A stretch of 64,000 nt of DNA from Saprospiraceae bacterium (GCA_046299435.1 JBKBIC010000001.1:7875-71874), one strand, 5' to 3'. Positions 1 to 9,148 are shown, numbered from the stretch's first letter. The notes: generated by a model from the sequence alone, not told the origin. Translations and numbers: made by a program.

Positions 1-679
1 AGTCTGCGGCGTTGGTTTCGAGTGCGCCAGCCGTGTTTTCGAGGTGAAAAAGCAGGCGGTTGTTCCAGATTTCCGCGCCGGTGGCTTGCGCGGGCGGCAA
101 AAACCGGGCAAAAGTCTCCCACGAAAGGCGTTTGCTTTTTTGCAAAACCTCGGCGGAAAAGTTGTTCGCCCGTGCCACGTCGGTCAGCTCGCGGATTTGC
201 CTGCGCCAATCGAACGGCTCGCCGAAGGTGGTCTTGGTCAGGCCGAGGCGGTCGGCCAGCGTGTTGAGCAGCTCGATTTTTTCTTCCGTCAAAACCTGCG
301 AAAGCGACTCGTTGAACAGCCGCTGCTCGTCGCCGTCGGCGATGATTTCCACCAACGGCGACACGCCCGCCTCGAACGCGAACCGCTGCAACAGCCGCGT
401 GCCGACCGAATGCACCGTGCCGATGAGCGCGGAGCCGAGCGCGTTGGCGGCCTCCGTCAGCCCGGCTTCGAGCAGGCGGACGCGGACGCGCTCCTGCAAC
501 TCGGCGGCGGCCTTGCGGGTGAACGTGGTGGCGATGATGCCGCTGGGGCGGGTGTCGCCGCGCAGCAGGTCGGCCAGCTTGCCGGTGATGGTGTAGGTTT
601 TGCCGGAGCCGGCACCGGCAGAGAGGAGCTCGATGTTGAGCGCGGGCGAGGGCGGTTGGGGCATCGTATCGTTGGGCAT
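1..679 (-). CDS. UvrD/Rep/AddA-type superfamily-1 DNA helicase, N-terminal fragment (continues past the left edge)
   Basis: Reverse-strand translation from ATG at 679-677 stays open to position 1. It reads MPNDTMPQPPSPALNIELLSAGAGSGKTYTITGKLADLL...GIIATTFTRKAAAELQERV, with Walker A (GSGKT) and SF1 motif Ia (TFTxKAAxE). It is absent from the ORF track because no stop lies in the window. Confidence 0.8.
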   Translation of the reverse strand, partial: MPNDTMPQPPSPALNIELLSAGAGSGKTYTITGKLADLLRGDTRPSGIIATTFTRKAAAELQERVRVRLLEAGLTEAANALGSALIGTVHSVGTRLLQRFAFEAGVSPLVEIIADGDEQRLFNESLSQVLTEEKIELLNTLADRLGLTKTTFGEPFDWRRQIRELTDVARANNFSAEVLQKSKRLSWETFARFLPPAQATGAEIWNNRLLFHLENTAGALETNAAD

Positions 680-800
680 GGGAGGCAATTTTGTGGGCGA
701 AGGTCAACAGTCCCACAGATGAATCTGTGGGTTGAAAAAAGAAAATCCGGTGGATTTTTTGCCCAGCCCACAGACCGAACCGCGAATGGCTTTGATGCCA

Positions 801-829
801 TTGGTTTTCGGCGGCAGCGGGTAACTTTG
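801..829 (+). promoter_or_regulatory. Candidate Bacteroidota sigma-A promoter for the OmpH-like gene
   Basis: TAACTTTG (822-829) matches the -7 consensus TAnnTTTG. TTG at 801-803 gives an 18-nt spacer. The element lies about 64 nt upstream of ATG 893. Confidence 0.4.
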
Positions 830-892
830 CCCGCCGAACAAAGGCAACCTGCCCCGAACCGACAACTTCCACATTCTCAACCGTTTCCGTCC

Positions 893-1483
893 ATGAAAAA
901 CTGGTCTTTGATTCTGAACATCGTCCTGCTGGCTGCCGTCGGGCATTTGTACTACCTGAATTTTTCCAAAAAATCGCCCGCCGAGGCGCAGGTCATCGCG
1001 CCGCCAGCATCGGCCAGCGGCGGTGTGCGGATTGCCTTCGTGAACGCCGACTCGCTGAACGAAAAATACGTCTGGCTGAAAGAGCAGAGCGCGGCCATCA
1101 AGCAGCGCGTGGCGAACGCCGAAAAAGCGATGGAGGCCAAGCAAAGCACACTCGAACGCGATTTCATGGCCTTGCAGGAAAAGTACCAGACCGGCACGGT
1201 GCCACCCGCCGAGATTGAAAAAGAAGCCGCCGCCCTCGAAGAACGCCGCCAACGCCTCATGCGCGAGGGCATGAACCTCGAAAAACAACTCGCCGAGGAG
1301 GCCGACAAAGCCCGCAACGACATGATGACCAACCTCGAAGCGCAGCTGAAAACCATTCAAGCCCAAATCGGGTACGACTATATCCTTTCGTACCAGCGCG
1401 GCGCAGGCCAAATCCTGCTGACCAACGACAGCCTCAACATCACCCGGCAGGTGCTGGACTTGCTGAACGCGAAAAAGCAATAG
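893..1483 (+). CDS. OmpH/Skp-like periplasmic chaperone
   Basis: This is the in-frame internal ATG of track ORF 44-1483; the upstream part is Arg/Gly-rich antisense of the helicase gene. It has an N-terminal TM/signal (MKNWSLILNIVLLAAVGHLYY), then a long coiled-coil K/E/Q/A-rich region ending in YDYILSY...ILL, as in OmpH family proteins. Confidence 0.75.
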   Translation: MKNWSLILNIVLLAAVGHLYYLNFSKKSPAEAQVIAPPASASGGVRIAFVNADSLNEKYVWLKEQSAAIKQRVANAEKAMEAKQSTLERDFMALQEKYQTGTVPPAEIEKEAAALEERRQRLMREGMNLEKQLAEEADKARNDMMTNLEAQLKTIQAQIGYDYILSYQRGAGQILLTNDSLNITRQVLDLLNAKKQ

Positions 1484-1528
1484 GCTTTGATGTTCACCGA
1501 AACCACTTCACCCAACCTATTTCGCCGC

Positions 1529-2422
1529 ATGAAAAACCTTGTTTGCTCGTCTGTTTTTTTACTGTGCCACGCCGTGTTTTTTGCCCAAAATTGGAGCATT
1601 GGTGCCCACTGGGTTTATGAGACCGGGCTTTCGTGGCCTTCGTGGCCGCCACCGTCTCCGCCTTCCTACACCACTTTTACCAAAGAGCGGGACACGCTTG
1701 TGCAAGGCCGGGTGTGCAGCGCGATTCGAGAAAAAGACGTAGCCATAAATTCGCAGAACATGGTCGTCGAACACCCGCGCACCATGCACATCCTGTGGCA
1801 AGACGGGCCGCGTGTCTGGTACTTCGACTCCAAACTTTCCGAGTTTTTCCCGTTGTACGATTTCAGCAAAAACGCGGGCGACACACTTGAAATATACAGC
1901 GTTTGGGAATGGGGTTCGGCCTATGTTTTGCGAGCGAGGATTGATTCCGTCACCCAAGTCCAATCGGGCGGCCACTCCCTCAAAGTGCAATGGATTTCGA
2001 CGGTTTTTCCTGCCCCGCCCTTTGTTTTGAACGGCCCGATTTACGAAGGCATCGGCGGGCGGCAGCACTTGTTTCCGATTCCGGGTTTCGTTGACCCGCA
2101 GCCCTGGGGCTGGTTGCAGTGTTTTTCGGATTCGACGCTGACCTTTCCCGAAGGCTCGGACTGCCGCGTGACCGTCGGCGCAGATGAAATCGCGGGAGCT
2201 GTTTCGTTGAAAATCTACCCCAACCCAAGCGCGGGCCTGCTCATCGTCGAAGCCGATAACGTGCAGAAAATCAGTGTGTTCGACGTGCTGGGCAATTTGG
2301 TCGAAAGCCAAACCGGGGCAGGCCAAGTGTCAATCCAGCATTTACCGGACGGCGTTTATTTCGTGGCGGCTCGAATCGGCAACCGCGATTTTTTCAGAAA
2401 AATAGTCAAAGAGACAAGATGA
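1529..2422 (+). CDS. Secreted protein of unknown function with a T9SS C-terminal sorting domain
   Basis: Signal peptide MKNLVCSSVFLLCHAVFFAQ from ATG 1529. The C-terminus LKIYPNPSAGLLIVEADNVQKISVFDVLGNLV...LPDGVYFVAARIGNRDFFRKIVK is a typical Por_Secre_tail. Confidence 0.7.
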   Translation: MKNLVCSSVFLLCHAVFFAQNWSIGAHWVYETGLSWPSWPPPSPPSYTTFTKERDTLVQGRVCSAIREKDVAINSQNMVVEHPRTMHILWQDGPRVWYFDSKLSEFFPLYDFSKNAGDTLEIYSVWEWGSAYVLRARIDSVTQVQSGGHSLKVQWISTVFPAPPFVLNGPIYEGIGGRQHLFPIPGFVDPQPWGWLQCFSDSTLTFPEGSDCRVTVGADEIAGAVSLKIYPNPSAGLLIVEADNVQKISVFDVLGNLVESQTGAGQVSIQHLPDGVYFVAARIGNRDFFRKIVKETR

Positions 2423-2835
2423 ACTACTGGCTCGTCAAATCCGAACCCGACGTTTTTTCCTACCAACAACTCGTCGCCGACGGACAAACCCGCTGGGACG
2501 GTGTGCGGAACTACCAAGCCCGCAACAACCTCCGGGCCATGAAAGTCGGCGACCTGTGCCTGTTTTACCACAGCAACATCGGCCTCGAAATCGTGGGCAT
2601 CGCCCGCGTCAGCCGCGAAGCCTACCCCGACCCGACGGCGGAATCCGGCGATTGGTCGGCGGTGGACATGGTGCCGGTCAAGGCGTTCACGAAGCCCGTG
2701 CCACTGCCCGTCATCAAAGCCACGCCCGCCCTGCAAAACCTGCTGCTCGTCCGCAACCCGCGCATTTCCACCATGCCTGTCAGCCCAGAAGAGTGGGAAA
2801 TCCTGCTCCAAATGGGCGAAACTGTCATTGAGTGA
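2419..2835 (+). CDS. EVE (PUA-like, DUF55) domain protein
   Basis: MNYWLVKSEPDVFSYQQL...WDGVRNYQARNNLRAMKVGDLCLFYHSN...IVGIARVSREAYPD is the characteristic EVE-domain signature. The ATG overlaps the upstream stop (ATGA). Confidence 0.8.
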   Translation: MNYWLVKSEPDVFSYQQLVADGQTRWDGVRNYQARNNLRAMKVGDLCLFYHSNIGLEIVGIARVSREAYPDPTAESGDWSAVDMVPVKAFTKPVPLPVIKATPALQNLLLVRNPRISTMPVSPEEWEILLQMGETVIE

Positions 2836-2911
2836 ATGAGCGAATGAGTGATTTACGAAAATCGCTCATTCGCTCATTCACTCATTTACTCAATGACTCA
2901 TTCACTCAATG
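2830..2911. repeat. Hairpin (23-nt arms) plus tandem ATTCACTC-type octamer array
   Basis: GAGTGAATGAGCGAATGAGTGAT (2830-2852) pairs with ATCGCTCATTCGCTCATTCACTC (2861-2883): 22 Watson-Crick pairs plus one T-G. Octamers ATTCGCTC/ATTCACTC/ATTTACTC/AATGACTC/ATTCACTC then continue to the folA ATG. Confidence 0.85.
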
Positions 2912-3406
2912 CTTGTCTCCGCTATCGTCGCCGTCGCCAAAAACAATGTCATCGGCAAAGACAACCAAATCCCTTGGTACCTGCCCGCCGACCTCGCGTG
3001 GTTCAAACGCTGCACGCTCGGCCACGCGGTCATCATGGGCCGCAAGTGTTTTCGCAGCATCGGGCGGCCCCTGCCCAAGCGCACGAATATCGTCATCACC
3101 CGCGACCCGTTTTTCGTGGCCGACGGCGTGGTGATTGTCAACTCCATCGAGGCCGCGCTTGATTATGCTTTCGACGCGGGCGAGACCGAGGCATTCATCA
3201 TCGGCGGCGGCGAGATTTACCGCCAAAGTGTCGAGTTCTGGGACAAAATCTACCTGACCGAAGTGGACTTGGAAACCAAAGGCGATGTGTTTTTCCCCGA
3301 AACCGACCCCACCGCGTGGCGCGAAACCTTCCGCGAGGCGCACGAGCCAGATGCGAAAAACGAGTGGCCTTTCGTGTTCCGCATCTTGGAAAAAATCGAG
3401 GTTTGA
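2909..3406 (+). CDS. folA: Dihydrofolate reductase
   Basis: MLVSAIVAVAKNNVIGKDNQIPWYLPADLAWFKRCTLGHAVIMGRKCFRSIGRPLPKRTNIVITRD, followed by FIIGGGEIY, are classic DHFR motifs. Confidence 0.9.
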   Translation: MLVSAIVAVAKNNVIGKDNQIPWYLPADLAWFKRCTLGHAVIMGRKCFRSIGRPLPKRTNIVITRDPFFVADGVVIVNSIEAALDYAFDAGETEAFIIGGGEIYRQSVEFWDKIYLTEVDLETKGDVFFPETDPTAWRETFREAHEPDAKNEWPFVFRILEKIEV

Positions 3407-3430
3407 CCCCTCGAAACCGACCCATTGCTC

Positions 3431-4315
3431 ATGCTCGATTTCCAAAAATCATCGCCGAAAGCGGCCAGTCAGCCGGAGCGTTTTTCTATCGTTATCCCGA
3501 CTTGGAACAACCTTGCCTACCTCCAACTGCTCGTGCGGAGCCTGCGTGAAAACTCGGCTTTCCGGCATCAAATCATCGTCGTTGTCAATGAAGGCCGCGA
3601 CGGCACGCTGGATTGGGTGCGCGCCCAGCCCGACCTCGACTGGGTGTTTTTCCCCGAAAACGCGGGTATTTGCTATGCCCTCAATGCCTGCCGCCCGCTC
3701 GTGCGGACGGATTTTTTCGCCTATTTCAACGACGACATGTACGCCTGCCCCGGCTGGGACGAGGCACTTTGGCGCGAAATCGGGGACATCGGCCACCGCT
3801 CATTTTTCCTGTCGAGCACGATGATTGAACCGACGGAAACGGGGAACGCTTGCGTCGTCGTGCGCAATTTTGGCTCCGAACCTGCTGATTTTCAGGAAGA
3901 TAAATTGCTCGCCGAGTTTGCCGCGCTGCCCAAAAACAACTGGCAGGGCGCGACTTGGCCACCCAACGTCGTGCCGCTCGAACTGTGGGATTTGGTCGGC
4001 GGATACAGCGTGGAGTTTTCGCCGGGGATGTACTCCGACCCCGATTTCTCGAAAAAACTCTGGGACGCGGGCGTGCGGCTGTTCAAAGGGGTGGGCGCGA
4101 GCCGCGTCTATCATTTCGGCTCGAAATCCACGCGCCGCGCCCGCCGCAACCGGGGCAGCGACACCTTCCTCCGCAAATGGGGCATCCCGTCGAGCCTGTT
4201 CATCCGGCGGCACCTGCGGCGCGGCCAAGACTGGGATGGCCCGCTCGCCGAGCCGGTTTTGACTTGGGCCGACCAACTGAAAATCCGCTGGAAAAAGTGG
4301 CAGTCGCTGGTTTGA
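3431..4315 (+). CDS. Family 2 glycosyltransferase
   Basis: FSIVIPTWNNLAYLQLLVRSL...IIVVVNEGRDGT...FNDDMYACPGWD is a GT-A fold with a DxD-like motif. I chose ATG 3431 over the TTG at 3425. Confidence 0.75.
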   Translation: MLDFQKSSPKAASQPERFSIVIPTWNNLAYLQLLVRSLRENSAFRHQIIVVVNEGRDGTLDWVRAQPDLDWVFFPENAGICYALNACRPLVRTDFFAYFNDDMYACPGWDEALWREIGDIGHRSFFLSSTMIEPTETGNACVVVRNFGSEPADFQEDKLLAEFAALPKNNWQGATWPPNVVPLELWDLVGGYSVEFSPGMYSDPDFSKKLWDAGVRLFKGVGASRVYHFGSKSTRRARRNRGSDTFLRKWGIPSSLFIRRHLRRGQDWDGPLAEPVLTWADQLKIRWKKWQSLV

Positions 4316-4429
4316 CACGCCCCGTTTTTCAAACAAAAAATTGATAATTCGGCCTACCTTGCCGCGCCCAAAACCGGGCGGGATTTGCCCGTTTTTTCCA
4401 ATTCCCACATCAGCACACTGCCTCGTCCC

Positions 4430-7324
4430 ATGTCGAAAAAACTTTTCCTCCTCGACGGCCACGCCCTCGTCTATCGCGCCCATTATGCGTTCATTGCCAG
4501 ACCTTTATTGAACTCAAAAGGCTGGAACGTCTCCGCCGTGCAGGGCTTCATCCGCACACTTTGGGACATGATGCACACCGAAAAACCGACGCACTTGGCT
4601 GTCATGTTCGACCCGCATGGGGGCACGTTTCGCCACGAAAAATTCGAGGCGTACAAGGCCAACCGCGAGGCCCAACCGGAGGACATCACCTTCGCCATCC
4701 CCTGGATTATGAAAATCTTGGAGGCCATGCGCATTCCGGTGGTCATCGTGCCCAATTATGAGGCCGACGACGTGATTGGCACCGTCGCAAAACAGGCCGA
4801 GCGCGTGGGTTACGACGTGTTCATGGTCACGCCCGACAAGGACTACGGCCAACTCGTGGACGACCATATTTTCGTGTACAAACCCGGCAAATCGGGCGGC
4901 GACGCGGAAATCTGGGGCAAAAAAGAGGTCTGCGAAAAATGGGGCATCCGCCGCGTCGAGCAAGTCATTGACGTGCTGGCCCTCATGGGCGACGCGGTGG
5001 ACAACATCCCCGGCCTGCCCGGCATCGGCGAAAAAACCGCCGTGAAACTGCTCGAAGAATTTGACACAGTGGAAAACCTGCTCGCCAACGCCGACAAACT
5101 GAAAGGCAAACAGCAGGAAATCGTCAAAACCCACCACGAAAAAGCCACCCTCTCCAAATGGCTCGCCACGATTGATGTGAACGTGCCGATTGATTTTGAC
5201 GAAACGCAGTACGAAATCGAGCCGTTCGACCGCGACGCGCTGCTCGACATTTTCAAAGAACTCGAATTCCGAAGCCTCGCCGAGGCCATTTTGAAAAGCC
5301 CACTGGCGGGAGGGCCGACCACGCCCCCCAGCCCCCTAAAAGGGGAGTCGGGCGCGGCGAAAACAGGGAAATCTGCAAAAAAGGCTCCCCCTTCAGGGGG
5401 CGGGGGGGGTGATGCGAGTGGCCAATTTTCCCTTTTTGGCGACGACCCAGCCGCCCAGCCTGTCGGTGGCATCACGGAAACCGACGGTGTGGCGCACCGC
5501 ATCGCGGACAAAAACATCCACAACACACCACACGAGTATCGCCTCGCCGAGACGGCTGCCGAGCGGGCTGATTTGCTGAAAATTTTGGAGGCCAGCCCCT
5601 CCATTTGCTACGACTCGGAGACGACCGCACTCGATGCGACGCAGGCCGAGTTGGTCGGCTTTTCATTTGCCACAAAGCCCGGCGAGGCATGGTATGTGCC
5701 CATCCCCGCCGAGCGCGAGGAGGCGCAAAAAGTCGTGGAAGAATTCAGGCAAGTCTTTGAAAATGAGGCGATTGAGAAAGTCGGGCAGAACCTGAAATAC
5801 GATGCCATCGTGCTGAAAAACTACGGTGTGGAGCTGCGCGGTTTTTACTGGGACACCATGCTGGCGCACTACCTCTGGGAGCCGGAACTGCGCCACAACA
5901 TGAATTTTTTGGCCGAAACCTACCTCAATTACGCGCCCGTCAAAATCGAAGAACTCATCGGCAAAAAGGGCGCGGCGCAGGGAAATATGCGCGACGTGCC
6001 GCTCGAAAAAATCAAAGAATACGCGGGCGAAGACGCAGACATCACGCTGCAACTGCGCGATTTCCTTGCCCCGAAATTGGCCGAAAACAAACTCGAAAAA
6101 CTCTTCCGCGAGGTCGAAACGCCGCTCGTGAAAGTGCTGACCGACATCGAACACGCGGGCGTGCGGATTGACCCCGATTTCCTGCGCGAATACTCGAAGG
6201 AACTGGCCGTGCAGATTCAAGTTTTGGAACAAAAAATCCTCGACACGACGGGCTACACCTTCAACGTCGCCAGCCCCAAGCAGGTCGGCGAGGTGCTTTT
6301 CGACCGCATGAAAATCCCCTATCCGGGCCGCAAAATGAAATCCGGCCAATACTCCACCGACGACGACACGCTCTCGCAAGTGGCTGAAAACGTGCCAGTT
6401 GCGCGCGACATCCTTGCCCATCGCGGCCTGATGAAACTCAAAAGCACCTACGTGGACGCGCTGCCGCAAATGGTCAACCCGCTCACCGGGCGCGTCCATT
6501 CGCAGTTCAACCAAACCATCGCGGCCACCGGGCGGCTCAGCAGCCAAAACCCGAACCTGCAAAACATCCCCATCCGTACGCCCGAAGGCCGCAAGGTGCG
6601 CGAGGCGTTCATCCCCCGCGACGACGAGCACGTGCTGCTTTCGGCGGACTATTCGCAAATCGAACTGCGGCTCATCGCCGAAATCAGCGGCGACGAAGCC
6701 ATGCTCAATGCCTTCCAAAAAGGGCTGGACATCCACACCGCCACCGCCGCCGGGGTCTATGGCGTGCCGCTCGCGGAGGTTACGAGCGAGCAGCGCCGGG
6801 CGGCGAAAACCGTCAATTTCAGCATCATCTACGGCGCGGGCGCGAGCAATCTTTCGAGCCAGCTCGGCATCAAACGAACTGAAGCTAAAGAGTTGATAGA
6901 GAATTACTTTCGTCAGTATTCCGGCCTCAAAAAATACATGGAAACGACCGTCGAATTCGCCCGCACGAACGGCTACGTCGAGACGCTGTTGGGTCGCCGC
7001 CGCAACCTCCGCGACATCAATTCCGGCAACGGTATGATGCGCTCGATGGCCGAGCGCATCGCCATCAACACGCCCATCCAAGGCACGGCCGCCGACCTCA
7101 TCAAAGTGGCGATGATAAACATCCGCGAAGCCATGCGGGCGGGCGGTTTCCAATCAAAAATGATTTTGCAAGTCCACGACGAGCTTGTGTTCGATGCCCG
7201 GATGGACGAACTCGACCGCCTAAAACCCATCATCCGCGAAAAAATGGAGACCGCTATCCCCAATTTGCGCGTCCCGATTTTGGTGGAAATGGGCACGGGG
7301 CACAATTGGTTGGAGGCGCATTGA
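4430..7324 (+). CDS. polA: DNA polymerase I
   Basis: 5-prime nuclease N-terminus (MSKKLFLLDGHALVYRAHYAF), 3-5 exonuclease and Pol A motifs (DYSQIELR, RRAAKTVNFSIIYG, QVHDELVF). The start is trimmed to ATG 4430. Confidence 0.95.
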   Translation: MSKKLFLLDGHALVYRAHYAFIARPLLNSKGWNVSAVQGFIRTLWDMMHTEKPTHLAVMFDPHGGTFRHEKFEAYKANREAQPEDITFAIPWIMKILEAMRIPVVIVPNYEADDVIGTVAKQAERVGYDVFMVTPDKDYGQLVDDHIFVYKPGKSGGDAEIWGKKEVCEKWGIRRVEQVIDVLALMGDAVDNIPGLPGIGEKTAVKLLEEFDTVENLLANADKLKGKQQEIVKTHHEKATLSKWLATIDVNVPIDFDETQYEIEPFDRDALLDIFKELEFRSLAEAILKSPLAGGPTTPPSPLKGESGAAKTGKSAKKAPPSGGGGGDASGQFSLFGDDPAAQPVGGITETDGVAHRIADKNIHNTPHEYRLAETAAERADLLKILEASPSICYDSETTALDATQAELVGFSFATKPGEAWYVPIPAEREEAQKVVEEFRQVFENEAIEKVGQNLKYDAIVLKNYGVELRGFYWDTMLAHYLWEPELRHNMNFLAETYLNYAPVKIEELIGKKGAAQGNMRDVPLEKIKEYAGEDADITLQLRDFLAPKLAENKLEKLFREVETPLVKVLTDIEHAGVRIDPDFLREYSKELAVQIQVLEQKILDTTGYTFNVASPKQVGEVLFDRMKIPYPGRKMKSGQYSTDDDTLSQVAENVPVARDILAHRGLMKLKSTYVDALPQMVNPLTGRVHSQFNQTIAATGRLSSQNPNLQNIPIRTPEGRKVREAFIPRDDEHVLLSADYSQIELRLIAEISGDEAMLNAFQKGLDIHTATAAGVYGVPLAEVTSEQRRAAKTVNFSIIYGAGASNLSSQLGIKRTEAKELIENYFRQYSGLKKYMETTVEFARTNGYVETLLGRRRNLRDINSGNGMMRSMAERIAINTPIQGTAADLIKVAMINIREAMRAGGFQSKMILQVHDELVFDARMDELDRLKPIIREKMETAIPNLRVPILVEMGTGHNWLEAH

Positions 7325-7417
7325 GGTTTTTTTCGTGGTTTGGGGCACTTATCGGGGCCATTTCGGGAACTTTGCGCAGTTTTCCCAACCCATCTCAAAT
7401 CAACACTCACTCCACAC

Positions 7418-9079
7418 ATGAAATTGAAACTCACGCTGGCGATGCTCATGGCTTTCGCCTCGCTTTTTGCCCAAAGCCCCGACTCGCTCCAACGAATCGT
7501 GGAGGAACGCCTCCGCCGAGCCACCATTGGCGACGCACCCGACCCGCAACCCTTCGGAAAAAGCATCACCGCCGCCGATATGAAAGTGCTGATTGACTCG
7601 CTGGCCGGGCGCACGTTCGCCGGGCGCGAAACCGGGACCGAAGGCCAACGATTGGCGGCAGACTACATCGCCGCGCAATTTACATCCATCGGGCTGACCA
7701 AGCCCCGCGAGACCAACTCGTTTTTCCAAGAAATCGCCCTCCAAAACAGCACTTGGAAAGACTTGGCCCTCAAAATCGGTGGGCGCGACATGAAGAAAAA
7801 CACTGACTTCTACGTCTTCCCGGCCCTGTGCCCCGATGTGCCGACACTCGCCGCCAAAGAGGTCGTGTTCGTGGGCTATGGCATCCAAGAAGGCCAATAC
7901 AACGACTACGGCAAGGCCGATGTGGCGGGCAAAATCGTCGTGTTCTACGACGGTGAGCCACTCAACCCGGCGGGCAATCTCTCCCTCATCACAGGCACGG
8001 AGCTGCGCTCGGCGTGGGCGACCGATTGGAAAAAGAAGGTGCGCCTCGCCAAGCAAAAAGGCGCGGCGGCGGCTTTCATCATTGATGCGAAACTGGCCGA
8101 AAACGTGCAAAAGAACCGCCGCGCCCTCTCCAACTGGGGCTGGCAACCCACGTCCACATCAGGCAAAATAAGCGACCAAACCAAAGACCTCGCACCGCAC
8201 GCTTTCATCTCCACCGGCACTTTTGAGGCGTTGGCCGCCGAGAAAGCGGAGAAAGTAGCCGAGGCTATGGCCGATTTGCGGGCGGGCAAAGGCTTCAAAC
8301 CCTTGAAAATCAAGGCACAAGTAGAGGCCAGTTTCGACCGCGAGGTCAAGACGCTCGAAGGCTCGAACGTGCTCGGCATCATCGAGGGCACCGACCCCGT
8401 GCTGAAAAACCAATATGTGCTCATCACCGCGCACTATGACCACCTCGGCGCGGTGGATTCGACCAAGATTTATTATGGCGCGGACGACAACGCCTCCGGC
8501 ACGGCAGCCGTCATCGAAATCGCGCAAGCATTTGCGGAAGCCAAAAAACAGGGCATCGGCCCGAAGCGCACGGTGGTTTGCATGCTCGTCAGCGGAGAGG
8601 AAAAAGGGCTGCTCGGCTCCAAGTTTTACACCGAGTTCCCGGTTCTGCCGCTCAACCAGACCATCTGCAACATCAACATTGACATGGTGGGCCGCGTGGA
8701 CAAAGAGCACGCCTCCGACCCGAACTACATCTACGTCATCGGCGGCGACCGCACCAGCAAAGACCTCCACGACATCACCGAGGACGCGAACAAACGCTTC
8801 ACGAAAATGTCGCTCGATTACAAGTACAACGACCCCAGAGACCCCAACCACTACTTCGAGCGCAGCGACCACTACAACTTCGTGATGAAGGGCATCCCGG
8901 CCACGTTCTTCTTCAACGGAACCCACGACGACTACCACAAGCCCACCGACACGCCCGATAAAATCAATTTCGACGCAGCGGCCAAACGGGCACAACTGGC
9001 CTTTTACACCGCATGGCAAGTGGCCTGCCGAGGCCGCCAGCTGTCCGTTGATTTCTCGCCCGAAAAACTGAAAAACTGA
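7418..9079 (+). CDS. M28-family aminopeptidase with PA domain, secreted
   Basis: Signal peptide MKLKLTLAMLMAFASLFAQ. Zinc-ligand motifs HYDHLG, DDNASGTAAVIEIAQAF, SGEEKGLLGS, and HDDYHKPTD. Confidence 0.85.
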   Translation: MKLKLTLAMLMAFASLFAQSPDSLQRIVEERLRRATIGDAPDPQPFGKSITAADMKVLIDSLAGRTFAGRETGTEGQRLAADYIAAQFTSIGLTKPRETNSFFQEIALQNSTWKDLALKIGGRDMKKNTDFYVFPALCPDVPTLAAKEVVFVGYGIQEGQYNDYGKADVAGKIVVFYDGEPLNPAGNLSLITGTELRSAWATDWKKKVRLAKQKGAAAAFIIDAKLAENVQKNRRALSNWGWQPTSTSGKISDQTKDLAPHAFISTGTFEALAAEKAEKVAEAMADLRAGKGFKPLKIKAQVEASFDREVKTLEGSNVLGIIEGTDPVLKNQYVLITAHYDHLGAVDSTKIYYGADDNASGTAAVIEIAQAFAEAKKQGIGPKRTVVCMLVSGEEKGLLGSKFYTEFPVLPLNQTICNINIDMVGRVDKEHASDPNYIYVIGGDRTSKDLHDITEDANKRFTKMSLDYKYNDPRDPNHYFERSDHYNFVMKGIPATFFFNGTHDDYHKPTDTPDKINFDAAAKRAQLAFYTAWQVACRGRQLSVDFSPEKLKN

Positions 9080-9108
9080 TTTCCAATCGCGCACTTTTTC
9101 AGGCAAGC

Positions 9109-9148
9109 GCGGCCCGCCGGAAGCACCTCCGGCGGGCCGCTGTTTTTT
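9109..9148 (+). terminator. Rho-independent terminator after the M28 peptidase gene
   Basis: GCGGCCCGCCGGA (9109-9121), loop AGCACC, TCCGGCGGGCCGC (9128-9140), followed by TGTTTTTT. Confidence 0.75.

Noticed and set aside
44-892. N-terminal extensions of track ORFs: 44-1483, 20799-22958, 22526-23491, 22965-23747, 32345-33979, 43983-45419, 45095-45631, 46055-47245, 57776-59317 and others.
   Set aside because: The extensions overlap neighbouring genes or terminators and are Arg/Pro-rich. They also precede an internal Met followed by a clean signal peptide or a conserved N-terminus, so I trimmed the starts to those Met codons.
2830-2911. Whether the octamer arrays, or those at 27931-27968 and 51579-51615, could be mini-CRISPR arrays.
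   Set aside because: The units are 8-16 bp and directly tandem with no spacers, and there are no cas genes in the window.
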